Shown here: one piece after another, positions 18,701 to 29,900 of the stretch
How the letters are laid out: each line of letters starts with the position of its first letter
How positions within the stretch are numbered: position 1 is the stretch's first letter
The notes under the pieces: generated by a model
What the model saw: only the letters and a program-made list of their open reading frames with translations
The model's database searches: none
Told to the model about the DNA's origin: nothing
Made by a program: the position numbers and the translations under genes
NCBI GenBank assembly: GCA_965369655.1
Contig: CBDUQR010000001.1
Span: 192,001-256,000, forward strand
DNA length: 64,000 bases
DNA from: an uncultured bacterium
Lineage (GTDB): Bacteria; Zixibacteria; MSB-5A5; JAABVY01; JAHJOQ01
Reading direction: 5' to 3'

Positions 18701-18819
18701 GTTTCTTTGAGAGCATCGCGAAACGCTGACCGCTGCTTTTTATCTGTGAGCCATTGATCAACTTTGTGGCCAAGAATTGCCGTAGCCGCGAGTTCTATAA
18801 TCTTGAAAATCATGCTCAA
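15709..18819 (-). CDS. NLR-like STAND (NB-ARC) NTPase with TPRs, a winged helix and a C-terminal TIR domain
   Basis: HNLPFPQNPLFTGRE, Walker A GLGGIGKT, Walker B LLIYDNAD, LLTSR, LGLLPLA and MHD-like LHRL, followed by about 2 TPRs. C-terminal TIR FDVALSFAGEQR...VFYD...FISKDY...WTNHE. Start is TTG 18819 or ATG 18813. Confidence 0.88.
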   Translation of the reverse strand: MSMIFKIIELAATAILGHKVDQWLTDKKQRSAFRDALKETLKDLAKQGYDTGGHGSVDHSFIINESVNDELWRKLLDPGITEPVDFDRLWKDLEDTYRDFTIGDNEKEAIMFFVQRLEDRMWSQQPLQQLLSAKVSRRLDLFLKMIFERMGMRQQIEIRNPAELPLDVRGYIDSEAFKPYEIPGVTLHNLPFPQNPLFTGREDLLKDLHESLSKSGSTALSQPQAISGLGGIGKTQIAVEYAYQHIKDYKFIIWVNSESETTITSSYSEIARLLNLPEKDDKELGVVVAAVKTWLETHNEWLLIYDNADKPEIIKEYQPRSGQGQTLLTSRASAFGNLAKALEVTEMAEDEAIDFLLKRANIEEPTDDQHRTAKDISNELGLLPLAVDQAGAFVEKTRCSLDDYLNDLKEKGIEVLKDKRYSPDDYDHTVATTWSMSLETLQQKSKVAIDVLSLAAYFAPDAIPLGLFRKRVDSFDDNLKSVAYDTFELDKALGALQSYSLIRRKRDTDEFSLHRLLQAVIRDNHTESGDARKWAELAIVCTSETLPDERDYRTWSECETILPHILSLVQHTDSLEISNETVAQLFSRTGYYLHDRADYGQAELLYKRALKIDENIYGSDHLKVAADLESLAILYETQGRYDDAEPLYERAYEIREKAIEVLKDEHYSLVLRGRHNMAHLGYTITVVKGEPRRYLVLARKSDFGKDDPQDMIRWIYDFRQVNGDSSFRVLVTSLLIKTHFDEQKNQMHYETIRFALRMISEEPGATEFTFKTDDYESPPHIPISKGRTLRSLILKFILDINSEMPEQPISIFDLCHNFPNEQEEMSNWLRNLNRAGLLERVPSNTNIKYVMINGLSGAQSFRIDPSRYAEIKAELARVEHEEAVPKVKVGTVGGKKFDVALSFAGEQRNYVRQVKKTLDEEGDINVFYDEDYEVELWGKDLANEFSRIYGKESERVVIFISKDYVEKGWTNHEFKSALSKVIAQKAEGYILPMRFDNSELEGLSSLVGYIDISGLKPEECARKIIVKVKGSAAVKN

Positions 18820-18847
18820 TCCTAAATTGCTCCGGTAACCATTGACA

Positions 18848-18899
18848 AAAGATGGCAGGACCGCTCCGCTTCGCTACGGGTCGCTGCCCTACTCAAGAT
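18848..18899. repeat. GTAG-type REP-like element, copy B
   Basis: Reverse complement reads TCTTGAGTAGGGCAGCGACCCGTAGCGAAGCGGAGCGGTCCTGCCATCTT. Confidence 0.75.
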
Positions 18900-18912
18900 T
18901 CCTGCGTCAACA

Positions 18913-20367
<1,455 letters not shown>

Positions 20368-20374
20368 CTAATTG

Positions 20375-20423
20375 TTGACAAATCCCCGATCATGTTTAAT
20401 TTACGTAACTCCGATAGGAGTTA
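20375..20423 (+). promoter_or_regulatory. Promoter and palindromic operator upstream of the Rrf2 gene
   Basis: TTGACA at 20375. Inverted repeat TAACTCC-gata-GGAGTTA (20406-20423) overlaps the RBS. Confidence 0.5.
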
Positions 20424-20429
20424 TGTATT

Positions 20430-20864
20430 ATGGCTGGATCGAAATTGAATTTTGCAGTGTCCGCTCTGATCGAGATTTACAGATCAGGCTCCAACGGACC
20501 GATAGGTGCAAGGGAGATAGCCGAGGCAACCGGTCTGTCAAAGCGTTATCTCGAGCAGGTGCTTGGGCTGCTGAAAACGTCGGGGATCATCAAGAGCACT
20601 CGAGGTAAACATGGCGGCTATGAGTTGGCGATGACTCCCGAGAAACTACACCTTATGGATGTCTGGATGGCATTGCGCGAGGATCTGACTATTCCGGTGA
20701 ATAAGGCAGTCCTTGCCGCTCCGAACGACGGTTTCTCCGGAAGCAAAGCCGTATCATCGCTTTGGATCGATATCCATGAGATCGTGACAGAGTATATGGA
20801 GCAACAGACTCTTCGCTCGTTGGCGCTGCTTGATCTTGAAAGAGAAGGCATGTATTACATTTAG
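20430..20864 (+). CDS. Rrf2-family transcriptional regulator (CymR-like, no Fe-S cysteines)
   Basis: REIAEATGLSKRYLEQVLGLLKTSGIIKSTRGKHGGYEL; C-terminal MYYI; directly upstream of cysK. Confidence 0.88.
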   Translation: MAGSKLNFAVSALIEIYRSGSNGPIGAREIAEATGLSKRYLEQVLGLLKTSGIIKSTRGKHGGYELAMTPEKLHLMDVWMALREDLTIPVNKAVLAAPNDGFSGSKAVSSLWIDIHEIVTEYMEQQTLRSLALLDLEREGMYYI

Positions 20865-20889
20865 TCGAACCTGATTACTGGAGGTCGCT

Positions 20890-21822
20890 GTGAAAGTCGC
20901 TGATTCGATACTTGAATTGATCGGCAGTACGCCGCTGGTCAGACTGAACAAGATGTCCACCGGACTCAATGCCACGATTTTGGGCAAACTCGAATTCTAC
21001 AACCCGTGCGCATCTGTCAAGGACCGGATCGGTCTCGCCATGATCGAGGCTGCAGAATCTGATGGAAAGATCAACAAAGACACGGTTATTATAGAGCCGA
21101 CATCGGGAAATACCGGCATAGCTCTGGCATTTGTTTGCTCGGTGAGAGGCTACCGATGTGTGTTGGTGATGCCCGACACGATGAGTGTCGAGCGCCAATC
21201 TCTGCTTCTGGCTTTCGGCGCCGAAGTCATCCTGACTCCGGGCGCCGATGGCATGACTGGAGCGATCAATAAGGCCACGGAGATTGCAGAATCGGACTCC
21301 GGCAAGTATTTCATGCCGCAGCAATTCGAGAATCCGGCCAATGTGGATATCCATCGACGAACTACCGCAGAAGAGCTCTGGAACGACACCGATGGCAAGA
21401 TCGATATTCTCTGCGCTGGCGTCGGCACAGGTGGGACGATCACCGGTTGCGCTGAAGTCATCAAGGCTCGCAAGCCGGAGTTCAAAGCTATCGCGATAGA
21501 GCCGGAAGCATCGCCGTTTTTGTCGAAGGGCGAGAAAGGTCCCCATCCGATACAGGGCATCGGCGCAGGATTCAAACCGGATGTGCTGAATCTTGATCTG
21601 ATCGATGAGATCATCACGATCACGAACGATGAAGCTATGATGACCACCCGCCGGCTTGTCCGCGAAGAGGGGATATTGTGCGGCATTTCGTCGGGAGCCG
21701 CCGTCGCGGGCGCTCTCAAGATTGCCGCGCGGGCGGAGAACAATGGCAGGCTGATTGTCGCGATTCTTCCCGATACCGGCGAAAGGTATCTTTCGACGCC
21801 GACATACATGGAGTTAACGTAA
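20890..21822 (+). CDS. cysK: Cysteine synthase A
   Basis: [16 protein letters not shown] (PLP Lys), [34 protein letters not shown]. Confidence 0.96.
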   Translation: MKVADSILELIGSTPLVRLNKMSTGLNATILGKLEFYNPCASVKDRIGLAMIEAAESDGKINKDTVIIEPTSGNTGIALAFVCSVRGYRCVLVMPDTMSVERQSLLLAFGAEVILTPGADGMTGAINKATEIAESDSGKYFMPQQFENPANVDIHRRTTAEELWNDTDGKIDILCAGVGTGGTITGCAEVIKARKPEFKAIAIEPEASPFLSKGEKGPHPIQGIGAGFKPDVLNLDLIDEIITITNDEAMMTTRRLVREEGILCGISSGAAVAGALKIAARAENNGRLIVAILPDTGERYLSTPTYMELT

Positions 21823-21944
21823 CGTTCCCTGGTGGAACCTCATCCAATTGATGAGCGTACAACTCGACAGAGTCGCAGAAGGCGCTCGATTTGCAGTTGC
21901 GAATATCGGTTTGCGGTGTTATATAAGGTGCGTTCTGATTTGCC

Positions 21945-22031
21945 GGAGAGGTGGCCGAGTGGCTGAAGGCAGCTGCCTGCTAAGCAGTTATACGTTCACG
22001 CGTATCCAGGGTTCGAATCCCTGCCTCTCCG
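21945..22031 (+). tRNA. tRNA-Ser (anticodon GCT); CCA not encoded
   Basis: Acceptor stem GGAGAGG/CCTCTCC with discriminator G. Anticodon arm GCTGC-CT-GCT-AA-GCAGT, long variable arm, T-loop GGTTCGAATCC. Upstream promoter-like TTGCGA-N17-TATATA. Confidence 0.95.
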
Positions 22032-22098
22032 CTTTATCATATCAGATTCTTGTCAGTACATAATCAAGCCCGAAAATTGTCAGACAACGAGAATTGTC

Positions 22099-22131
22099 TT
22101 GACAATATTGACTGATTGGCTATTTTGCCAA
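22099..22131 (+). promoter_or_regulatory. ars operon promoter with putative ArsR operator
   Basis: TTGACA-N16-TATTTT, with inverted repeat TTGGC-N6-GCCAA spanning the -10 box. Confidence 0.55.
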
Positions 22132-22155
22132 ATAACCTAATAGGAGTGTGGTGAT

Positions 22156-22479
22156 ATGGATGGCAAGACTCGCAGGAAATTCGAAGCGAGAGCGAAAATC
22201 ATCAAAGCAATGGCGCATCCGACAAGGCTGTTCATCGTCGATCAATTGTCTCAACAGGAGAGGTGCGTCTGTGATCTTACGGAAATGATCGGTGCCGACA
22301 TCTCGACCGTATCAAAGCACCTCTCGATCCTCAGGGAGGCCGGAATCGTCGAGGACGAGAAGCGAGGCTTGCAGGTGTGGTATAAGCTGAGAGTCCCATG
22401 CGTGCTAAATTTCTTTGGCTGTGTTGAGTCGGTTCTCAACTCGGAGGCAAAGCGGCAGGCAGAAATAGCCGAGCGCTGA
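22156..22479 (+). CDS. arsR: ArsR/SmtB-family repressor
   Basis: KAMAHPTRLFI, ERCVCDL, STVSKHLSILREAGIV. Confidence 0.9.
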   Translation: MDGKTRRKFEARAKIIKAMAHPTRLFIVDQLSQQERCVCDLTEMIGADISTVSKHLSILREAGIVEDEKRGLQVWYKLRVPCVLNFFGCVESVLNSEAKRQAEIAER

Positions 22480-22558
22480 TTTGACTTCCGTTAGCATATA
22501 GCTGAGGATATGACCAGATGATTCAAGTATTGCAACATATGTTTGAGCGAGTGATCCC

Positions 22559-23866
22559 ATGAACTGGAAATCGGAGTGGAAGGCATTAGCGGGCATCGTG
22601 GTTGTCTTCCTGACTATCTACAATCTGCCTGTCGGTTCGAATCGATTTCAGGGTGCAACAATGGAGGCTCTGTACCTTGCGAAATGGTACGCTCAGGAGC
22701 ACGTTTTGCTGTGCCTGATTCCTGCGTTCTTTATCGCCGGGGCAATAGCAGCTTTTGTCAGTCAAGCCTCGGTTATGAAATACCTCGGTTCCGAAGCCAG
22801 GAAGATCATGTCGTACGGTGTAGCCTCTGTTTCCGGTACTATCCTCGCGGTCTGCTCATGTACAATTCTCCCGCTATTTGCCGGTATTTACCGTATGGGT
22901 GCAGGTCTGGGTCCGGCAACAGCCTTTCTCTACTCGGGACCCGCTATCAATGTTCTGGCTATCATTCTTACCGCTCGCGTGCTTGGGGTTGAATTAGGCA
23001 TTGCCCGAGCAGTCGGCGCAGTATTCTTCAGCATTGTAATCGGTCTCCTCATGCACTTCATCTTTCGCAAGGAAGAAACAGAAAGAACTCAGGCTCGGAT
23101 GGTTTTGCCTGAACAGGAAGTGTCAAGGCCGTTGTGGCAGAATGCCTGTTACTTCGGAGTAATGGTAGCGATACTTATCTTTGCAAACTGGGGCAAGCCC
23201 GACGAAACGGTCGGGTTCTGGTACATCATTCATGATTTGAAATGGACTATCACCGGTGCGGCTTCAATCCTGCTTGGAATAATGTTAGTTGTGTGGTTCG
23301 GGCTGAAATGCTGGAAAGTGCTCGGTGTTGGAGCTGTCACAGCGGTATTAGCGTTTTGCTTCCCATCTGATCCGCTGATTCCCTTTGGTGCAGCCGTGAT
23401 AGGCCTCTCCTGGTTCACAAGCACAAATAAAGGCGAAGCCGGAGAATGGTTCTCGCAGTCATGGGGATTTGCAAGGCAGATACTGCCACTCTTGATGTTT
23501 GGCGTGCTTATTGCCGGTTTCTTGTTAGGTCGTCCGGGACAGGAAGGGATGATTCCCTCGAACTGGATCAGTCAATCAGTCGGTGGCAACTCGCTCGGCG
23601 CAAATCTTTTTGCCTCAGTCGCCGGAGCGTTTATGTACTTCGCCACGCTCACTGAAGTACCTATCCTGCAGGGTCTTATCGGTAACGGCATGGGCAAAGG
23701 ACCGGCGCTTGCATTACTCTTGGCCGGTCCCGCGCTGTCGCTGCCAAACATGCTGGTTATCAGGTCGATCATCGGGACGAAGAAAGCAATCGTGTTCACA
23801 GTCCTCGTGGTCATAATGGCCACTCTCTCAGGACTGGTATACGGAACCTTGTTTCAGGAGACATGA
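22559..23866 (+). CDS. ArsP/DUF318-family permease
   Basis: Polytopic membrane protein with AVCSCTILP, FLYSGPAIN, MYFATLTEVP and LLAGPALSLP. Confidence 0.88.
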   Translation: MNWKSEWKALAGIVVVFLTIYNLPVGSNRFQGATMEALYLAKWYAQEHVLLCLIPAFFIAGAIAAFVSQASVMKYLGSEARKIMSYGVASVSGTILAVCSCTILPLFAGIYRMGAGLGPATAFLYSGPAINVLAIILTARVLGVELGIARAVGAVFFSIVIGLLMHFIFRKEETERTQARMVLPEQEVSRPLWQNACYFGVMVAILIFANWGKPDETVGFWYIIHDLKWTITGAASILLGIMLVVWFGLKCWKVLGVGAVTAVLAFCFPSDPLIPFGAAVIGLSWFTSTNKGEAGEWFSQSWGFARQILPLLMFGVLIAGFLLGRPGQEGMIPSNWISQSVGGNSLGANLFASVAGAFMYFATLTEVPILQGLIGNGMGKGPALALLLAGPALSLPNMLVIRSIIGTKKAIVFTVLVVIMATLSGLVYGTLFQET

Positions 23867-24105
23867 AAATGAAAAAGATCGAAGTACTCGGAACTGGCTG
23901 TCCCAAGTGCAGGAAACTGGAAGAAGAGACACGAAAGGCAGTGAGTCATTTGGGTCTGGATTGTGAGATTGAGAAAATTGAAGACATTCAGAAAATCACC
24001 GCCTATGGAGTGATGATGACACCGGCATTGGTAGTTGACGGTCAGGTGAAAGTTGTTGGTAAAGTACCGTCAATAGAAGAATTGAAAAAACACATTAGCG
24101 ATTAG
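23863..24105 (+). CDS. Small thioredoxin-like redox-active disulfide protein
   Basis: IEVLGTGCPKC...GVMMTPALVVDG. Confidence 0.9.
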   Translation: MKMKKIEVLGTGCPKCRKLEEETRKAVSHLGLDCEIEKIEDIQKITAYGVMMTPALVVDGQVKVVGKVPSIEELKKHISD

Positions 24106-24117
24106 GAGATAAATAGA

Positions 24118-24495
24118 ATGGCGGAGAATGAAGACCATTGCTGCTGCGGATCGCCACGTCTCATTTTTGCCTGTTCGGGTGCTTCCGATGTTGGTACTAT
24201 TGCAGATCAGGCGGCGCGGCGACTTTCCATAACAAAAGTGGCATCCATGGGATGTCTGGCAGCCATTAACAGTCAGTTAGGCTTCGTTATCGATTCACTA
24301 AGCGTCGCATCAAAGATAGTTGCTATTGATGGTTGCTCGGAAGGCTGCGCCAAACTGACCCTTGAAAAAGTTGGCGTGACCGATTTTCATCAGCTTCTGC
24401 TATCGGATATGGGAATGGAAAAAGGGCATTCTAAAGTCGATCAGACCAATATAGCAAGAGTATATAAGCAGGTTCAGATAATCTTGGATAATTAG
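24118..24495 (+). CDS. DGC-domain putative zinc-binding protein
   Basis: FACSGASDVG, MGCLA, AIDGCSEGCA. Confidence 0.85.
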   Translation: MAENEDHCCCGSPRLIFACSGASDVGTIADQAARRLSITKVASMGCLAAINSQLGFVIDSLSVASKIVAIDGCSEGCAKLTLEKVGVTDFHQLLLSDMGMEKGHSKVDQTNIARVYKQVQIILDN

Positions 24496-24515
24496 GTTTG
24501 GAGGAGTTTAGAGTA

Positions 24516-25037
24516 ATGAAAGCTAAGACATCGATGATGGGATTACTTGCTGTCGCGCTCATGGTTCTATTAGCCTTCAGCAATGTCGTGTGTTCGGACA
24601 CGAATGGCAAGAATTCTAAACCAGCCAATGAGGAAAAAACCAACATAGATTCTGCTGCCATAAATGCGGTGGAATTGTCTGCAGATTCAACAGATGATTT
24701 CCCTGAAGTAATTGCGTATTACTTTCACACAACATACCGCTGCGTTTCTTGTAAGAAAATAGAAGCATATTCAAAGGAGGCGATTGAATCTGGATTTGAT
24801 GAAGAATTAGCAGATGGTACTATGGAATTTTATTCATTGAATACTGATGAAGATGAAAACAAGCATTTTAGGGTTGATTATCAATTGTACACCAAGTCGC
24901 TTATTATCTGTGATATGAAAGATGGTAAGCTGGTTGCCTGGAAAAACCTGGACAAAGTCTGGCAACTTATCCGCAACAAAGATGAATTCATGAAATATGT
25001 CCAGGATGAAATCAATGCATATCTGAAGGAGAGCTAA
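24516..25037 (+). CDS. Exported thioredoxin-like protein, ArsF-like family
   Basis: ATG after GGAGG; signal peptide; YYFHTTYRCVSCKKIE; WKNLDKVW. Confidence 0.75.
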   Translation: MKAKTSMMGLLAVALMVLLAFSNVVCSDTNGKNSKPANEEKTNIDSAAINAVELSADSTDDFPEVIAYYFHTTYRCVSCKKIEAYSKEAIESGFDEELADGTMEFYSLNTDEDENKHFRVDYQLYTKSLIICDMKDGKLVAWKNLDKVWQLIRNKDEFMKYVQDEINAYLKES

Positions 25038-25732
25038 TGGAATCATATTTGTTGGGCATCAGCTCTGCGATCTGGTTCGGGATATTGACATCAATCAGTC
25101 CTTGCCCTCTGGCAACAAATATTGCGGCAATCTCCTTTATTGGGAAACGGGTAAGTAGCCCGAGACTTGTTGTTATGTCAGGCTTGCTATATATGTTCGG
25201 GCGTATGCTGGCTTATTTGGTTTTAGGATATATCTTGGTCGCCAGTATTCTGTCAATTCCCGATCTGTCTTACTTCCTGCAGGAGAATATGAATAAGCTT
25301 CTTGGCCCTTTGTTACTAATAGTCGGCGTCTTTTTGCTTGAGTTGCTACCTTTGAGCCTGCCCCGATTGGGTATTAATCAGAATATACAGCACAAAGTCT
25401 CCAAGATGGGTATATGGGGTGCCGGTATTTTAGGATTAGTGTTTGCATTATCGTTTTGTCCGGTATCTGCGGCTCTGTTTTTCGGAAGTTTAATTCCGTT
25501 GGCAGTAAAACATGATTCTAACTTCGTTATGCCTCTGGTGTATGGTATTGGGACGGCCTTGCCAGTCATGCTTTTTGCATTCCTGGTCGGATTTGGGACA
25601 ACACTTGTAGGGAAGTTCTTTAATAGAATTAAAATCTTCGAAATCTGGGCGCGTCGGATTACAGGCGTCGTTTTCATCGTTGTTGGGCTGTACTACTCTG
25701 TGACGTACTTGCTAAATGTCAACATCTGGTGA
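25037..25732 (+). CDS. ArsG-like / DsbD-CcdA-type membrane protein
   Basis: ISPCPLATNIAAISFI and LSFCPVSAALFFG; about 6 TM helices. Confidence 0.8.
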   Translation: MESYLLGISSAIWFGILTSISPCPLATNIAAISFIGKRVSSPRLVVMSGLLYMFGRMLAYLVLGYILVASILSIPDLSYFLQENMNKLLGPLLLIVGVFLLELLPLSLPRLGINQNIQHKVSKMGIWGAGILGLVFALSFCPVSAALFFGSLIPLAVKHDSNFVMPLVYGIGTALPVMLFAFLVGFGTTLVGKFFNRIKIFEIWARRITGVVFIVVGLYYSVTYLLNVNIW

Positions 25733-26725
25733 TTTTGCACGCGATCCATTGTCCCTTTTGTGTTGATAATCGAACGGCAGCGCGTATCTTCCATTGGCCG
25801 ATCTAACGAGGAGATATGCGATGCGACTGATTCTACAGATCGCTACTCTCATACTGAGACGTTTCACTCGGCTGCCAATTTCCATGAAGCTATATTTAAT
25901 TCTGGGGCTGGTTTCATGGAGGTAACCTTCGATTCTACGGCTGGTTTTGCGGGGGCTGACGATTGATATGCCCCAAAGCGAACACGCGAGGAAATCGACA
26001 TCGACTCAGTTTCCCACTTGTTTGGGGCGGATTACTCTTTGACATTTTGTTGATATTAGAAGTCTTACGGTTAACACCGGGAGAACAAGAAAAGTTGTGG
26101 TGACAGTTGCGCACAGAGAGCTTTGATTCTTTTTGCACAACTGCTTATGCACATCTGAAAACCTAAAGAATAAGTTGATTTGCTGCCACAGATCATCTGA
26201 TTCGACCTGAGATGTATCATGTCTGATGGAATCGAAGACTGCATGAATCTGTTGGTAAGAGTGACTGGAAACTTCTATTTATACATTCACTGCCACATTC
26301 GCAATCTGACAACGAAATAAATCGATGGATATGCTGAACGGCTCGGCTGTCTGATAGCCTGGTGCAGCGAAAACCAACCGATCTACAGATAAATAAGTAG
26401 ATTGCCTACCCATTGCATGGGTAAATTTGTACTATCGAGATCACTTGACAATTGCCTGCTATAATGATAATCTATTACACGAAGAGGCATATCGACAGTC
26501 TTATATACCTCGTGCATTACAGCAGGGTGTGGGAATCGACATACACCTGGTTTAAGTGGTGGCCGGTGTGAATGAGTGCTCCATATCACCGGTCCCACTG
26601 AGCCCAATACGTGCCTGATCAGGTCGAATACGGCCTGCGTCATTGATTCAAATGATTGAAATTGCACCTGATGAGAATCAATTCAAGTCTAATAATCGCT
26701 TCCGCCAACCAGGTTGGAAGATCCC

Positions 26726-26737
26726 AAAGGAGGTGAT
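26726..26737 (+). promoter_or_regulatory. Orphan extended Shine-Dalgarno sequence (possible STAB-SD) in a long leader
   Basis: AAAGGAGGTGAT is complementary to the conserved 16S 3' tail. No properly spaced start codon follows. It lies 240 nt upstream of ATG 26978. Confidence 0.45.
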
Positions 26738-26977
26738 AAGTTAGTACAGACAAAACGTCTAAGTAGGTACAGACGGCTGTCAGGTGGCCTCTCCTTTTCG
26801 AGGGAGAACGGCTTCCTGGATTCTATCAGAGAGAGGCGGGGGGGGGAATCCAATTCGTCCCAGAGAAGAACTGACTGATCGTAAACGTCAAGAGAGCCCT
26901 TGGGAGATCAGAGAATTCATTGGGGGGAGTATCCTGTGCAATGCAGGATCGACAATTGTAAAGGAAGGAAGAAGAAA

Positions 26978-29900
26978 ATGACAAGAATTCTAATTTTGTC
27001 TCTAATCGTAGCGCTCGGACCATGCATTGCTCTGGGAGCAAATGCAGGACCGGCAACATTCTGGACCGGTAATCCGGCCGACGTGATCGGAAGTGGCGAG
27101 CCTCCGATCCAAACTCCGCTCGAAAATCTGTCGCTGGATGTCGGCGATCCGGTCGATTTCGACGCTGCGCTCACCGCTGGTGCGGATTATCTGAAAGGAA
27201 TGCAGGCGGACATAACTGAGGACAACGCCGGCAACGGCACTGACGGTGTTGATGAAAGTCCCGACGATCCTGACGATGGTGGCTGGGATTGGAGAGTAAC
27301 TTCACCACCAGCTCCGTTCTCGCATACAACTACCGCAAGCTCTACAAACCTATATGGCGTTACAGTGATGGGACTATATAGCGCCTATCTTGAGTCGGGC
27401 GACGCAACACATTTCACAGCTATGCAGGATGCCGCCGACAGAGCAGTAGCGGCCGGGGTCGACAGCATCAGGACAGGCGCGGATTTGAAATTCCTGATGC
27501 TGTTCAATGATCTTTACAGCAGTGAGGTCGCGCCGACCACAGTTTACGAGGATGCTGCCAAGGCCAAGTACGACGGAAAAATCACCGCATGGGGCGGCTC
27601 CGCTACTGCGTTGGCAGAGTACATTCGCGATGCGCGCGCCGGACAGGGCTACGAAAATGGTATTATCGCGTGGGACATTGGCATTTACGCAGTGGTTGCG
27701 CAGATGCTGTATGATCGTTTCGGCGGAACATATGATGTCGACGCCGACGATATATCAGAAGTTCTCTGGCAGGATTCGTACAATGATAATCCCGGCTATT
27801 TTGATATCGTAGATGATGCCGGTTGGGATCCGACATACGCCACCTATGACTACTACTGGTATTCACTCGGAATAACAGGATTGATCGACGCCTTCTCAGC
27901 TTCCGGTGCGCACACATCCGAGTTGTCAGGTCTCTTGACGATACTGTTTGACTGCCAGTATACCGGCGGTGGAATCAGCTTCAGCTATGGTGCCAATACC
28001 GATGATGAGGACTGGCAATCGACAGCTTACGCGATGATCTCCCTCGGCAATTATGACCAGGCTACCTACCAGATGGAGATTAACTGGATGGGTTACTGGC
28101 TCGGCGCCACACAGGACGCCAGTGGAGGCTGGGTCTACAGTTCCGGCAACCATTATCCCGAAGTCGGCGGTGAGTGTACGCATGGTTTGCATTTCACATC
28201 GAATACACTTGCGGATGTCATCGTTGACGACGACTTCACCAGCCAGGCGGATGTAGACGCATACAACACAGCTAACGGCACAGACTACGTCTGGGGTTAC
28301 GACGCCTTTGCCACGATCCAGGATGGTATCGACGGCGTCACAGGTAGCACGGTCAACGTAGCAGCGGGAATCTATCGCGAGCAACTCTATGTTGATCATA
28401 GCTTGGACCTGCTTGGAGCAGGGGTCGGGATATCAATCATTGAAGCGCCGGACCCGGTCGACCGAACGACCTACCCTGTTACGCAGTGGACGAGTGACGT
28501 ACGGACAATTGATGCCGTTATCGGCGTTGTTGCCGCTGGAACTGTCAATATTAGTGGGTTCACGGTCGATGGCCGTGACGTTGGCCCAGACAATTTCTAT
28601 GGTATCCATTTCTTTGATACCGACGGTTCAGTCACCTACTGCACGATTGACAATATCACGAATGCCGCGGCTCCGAGCAACTCGCGCGTAGTCAGTGTGG
28701 CTGCCACTCACAGTCTGGGGCAGACATTCACGATTGATATATCAAACAACGCTATCCCTGTACTCCAAAAGGGTGGTATCTTGGTTATGGGACCGGGTGC
28801 CAGTTTCACGGTTAACCACAACACCGTGACAAATACACCCTCTCCGGTTCTAGCCGGCAATGGTATACAGCTTTCGTATGGAGCTAGTGGCTCTACTTTG
28901 CAAAACATTGTCGCCGGCACTATATACTCTGGTGACGATTGGGCCGCCACCGGTATCTTGCTTTTCGAGAGTGGTGATGTCTCGATGGTTGGAGACGAAG
29001 TCTACAATTGTCAGTCAGGTGTGAATTTCAGCGATTGGGGTTGGGTGCACCTACAGCCGTCACCGGTTATCCTAAGTTTCACCGATCTCAACCTGCACGA
29101 GAACGAGTGGACACTCGGTATCCAGCTAAGTCGTGACAACAGCGATGTTAATATGACTGTCACCGACTGCGATATTCTCAACAGCACCGGTGATGGGATT
29201 GATCTTTACTGCACAGGTGTGGACCCATGGGGTGGGTCCTACTACACCGGCTGGAACAATGGTGATCTTAACGCCACGATTACCGGGTGTTACGTCAATG
29301 GTTCTACCCTTGATGGCATTTGGGGTGGAGACTATTCCGGGAACGTGAATAATGTTGCTGTGTCTGTATCCAACTGTGGATTTGCAGGCAATACTGGATC
29401 GGCCATTAACAACGGTTTCACTCAGCTCATGGATGCTTCAGGCTGCTATTGGAATGATCCTACCGGACCGACAATTGGCGTTAAATCCGGCGGTATGCGC
29501 TCTGTAGCGCCCATCGTCAACCCGTTTGGCGGTGAGCTACCAGCAAAGGCTAGCTCGGTTTCCACAGAATTGATAGGCGCTGACAAGGGTTCCGGTGAAA
29601 CCATCTTTGGTAATGTCGACTACACACCATGGCTCGGTGGTGGTGCCCAAACCAGCCCTGGTTTCGCTGGTGACTTTGCCACCCTCTATGTTGACGACGA
29701 CAGCCCACAGGCTGGCGCCACAACTCGCATTCAAGAAGGTGTTGATCTGGTTTCCGGCAGCACGGTATATGTCAAGGACGGAATATATGGAGCCGATCCC
29801 GTAACCGGAAGAGGCGTCTACATCACCAACGATGGCCTCAGCCTGATCGGTGAATCACAGGCCGGCACCATCATTGACGGCGCTATTGGAGGTGTGGGCA

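Noticed and set aside
25760-26680. Small ORFs or a pseudogene in the long intergenic region
   Set aside because: A GAGGAG followed by ATG 25821 opens only 34 codons, and I recognise no domain. A decayed gene cannot be excluded.
21945-26900. Integrative element inserted at tRNA-Ser carrying the ars operon
   Set aside because: There is no integrase, and I found no duplicated tRNA 3' end downstream.
26978-28200. Squalene-hopene cyclase or prenyltransferase activity for the N-terminal barrel of the 2005-aa protein
   Set aside because: Only QW-like structural motifs are visible. I could not place a cyclase DxDD motif in the expected context, and the protein is secreted.
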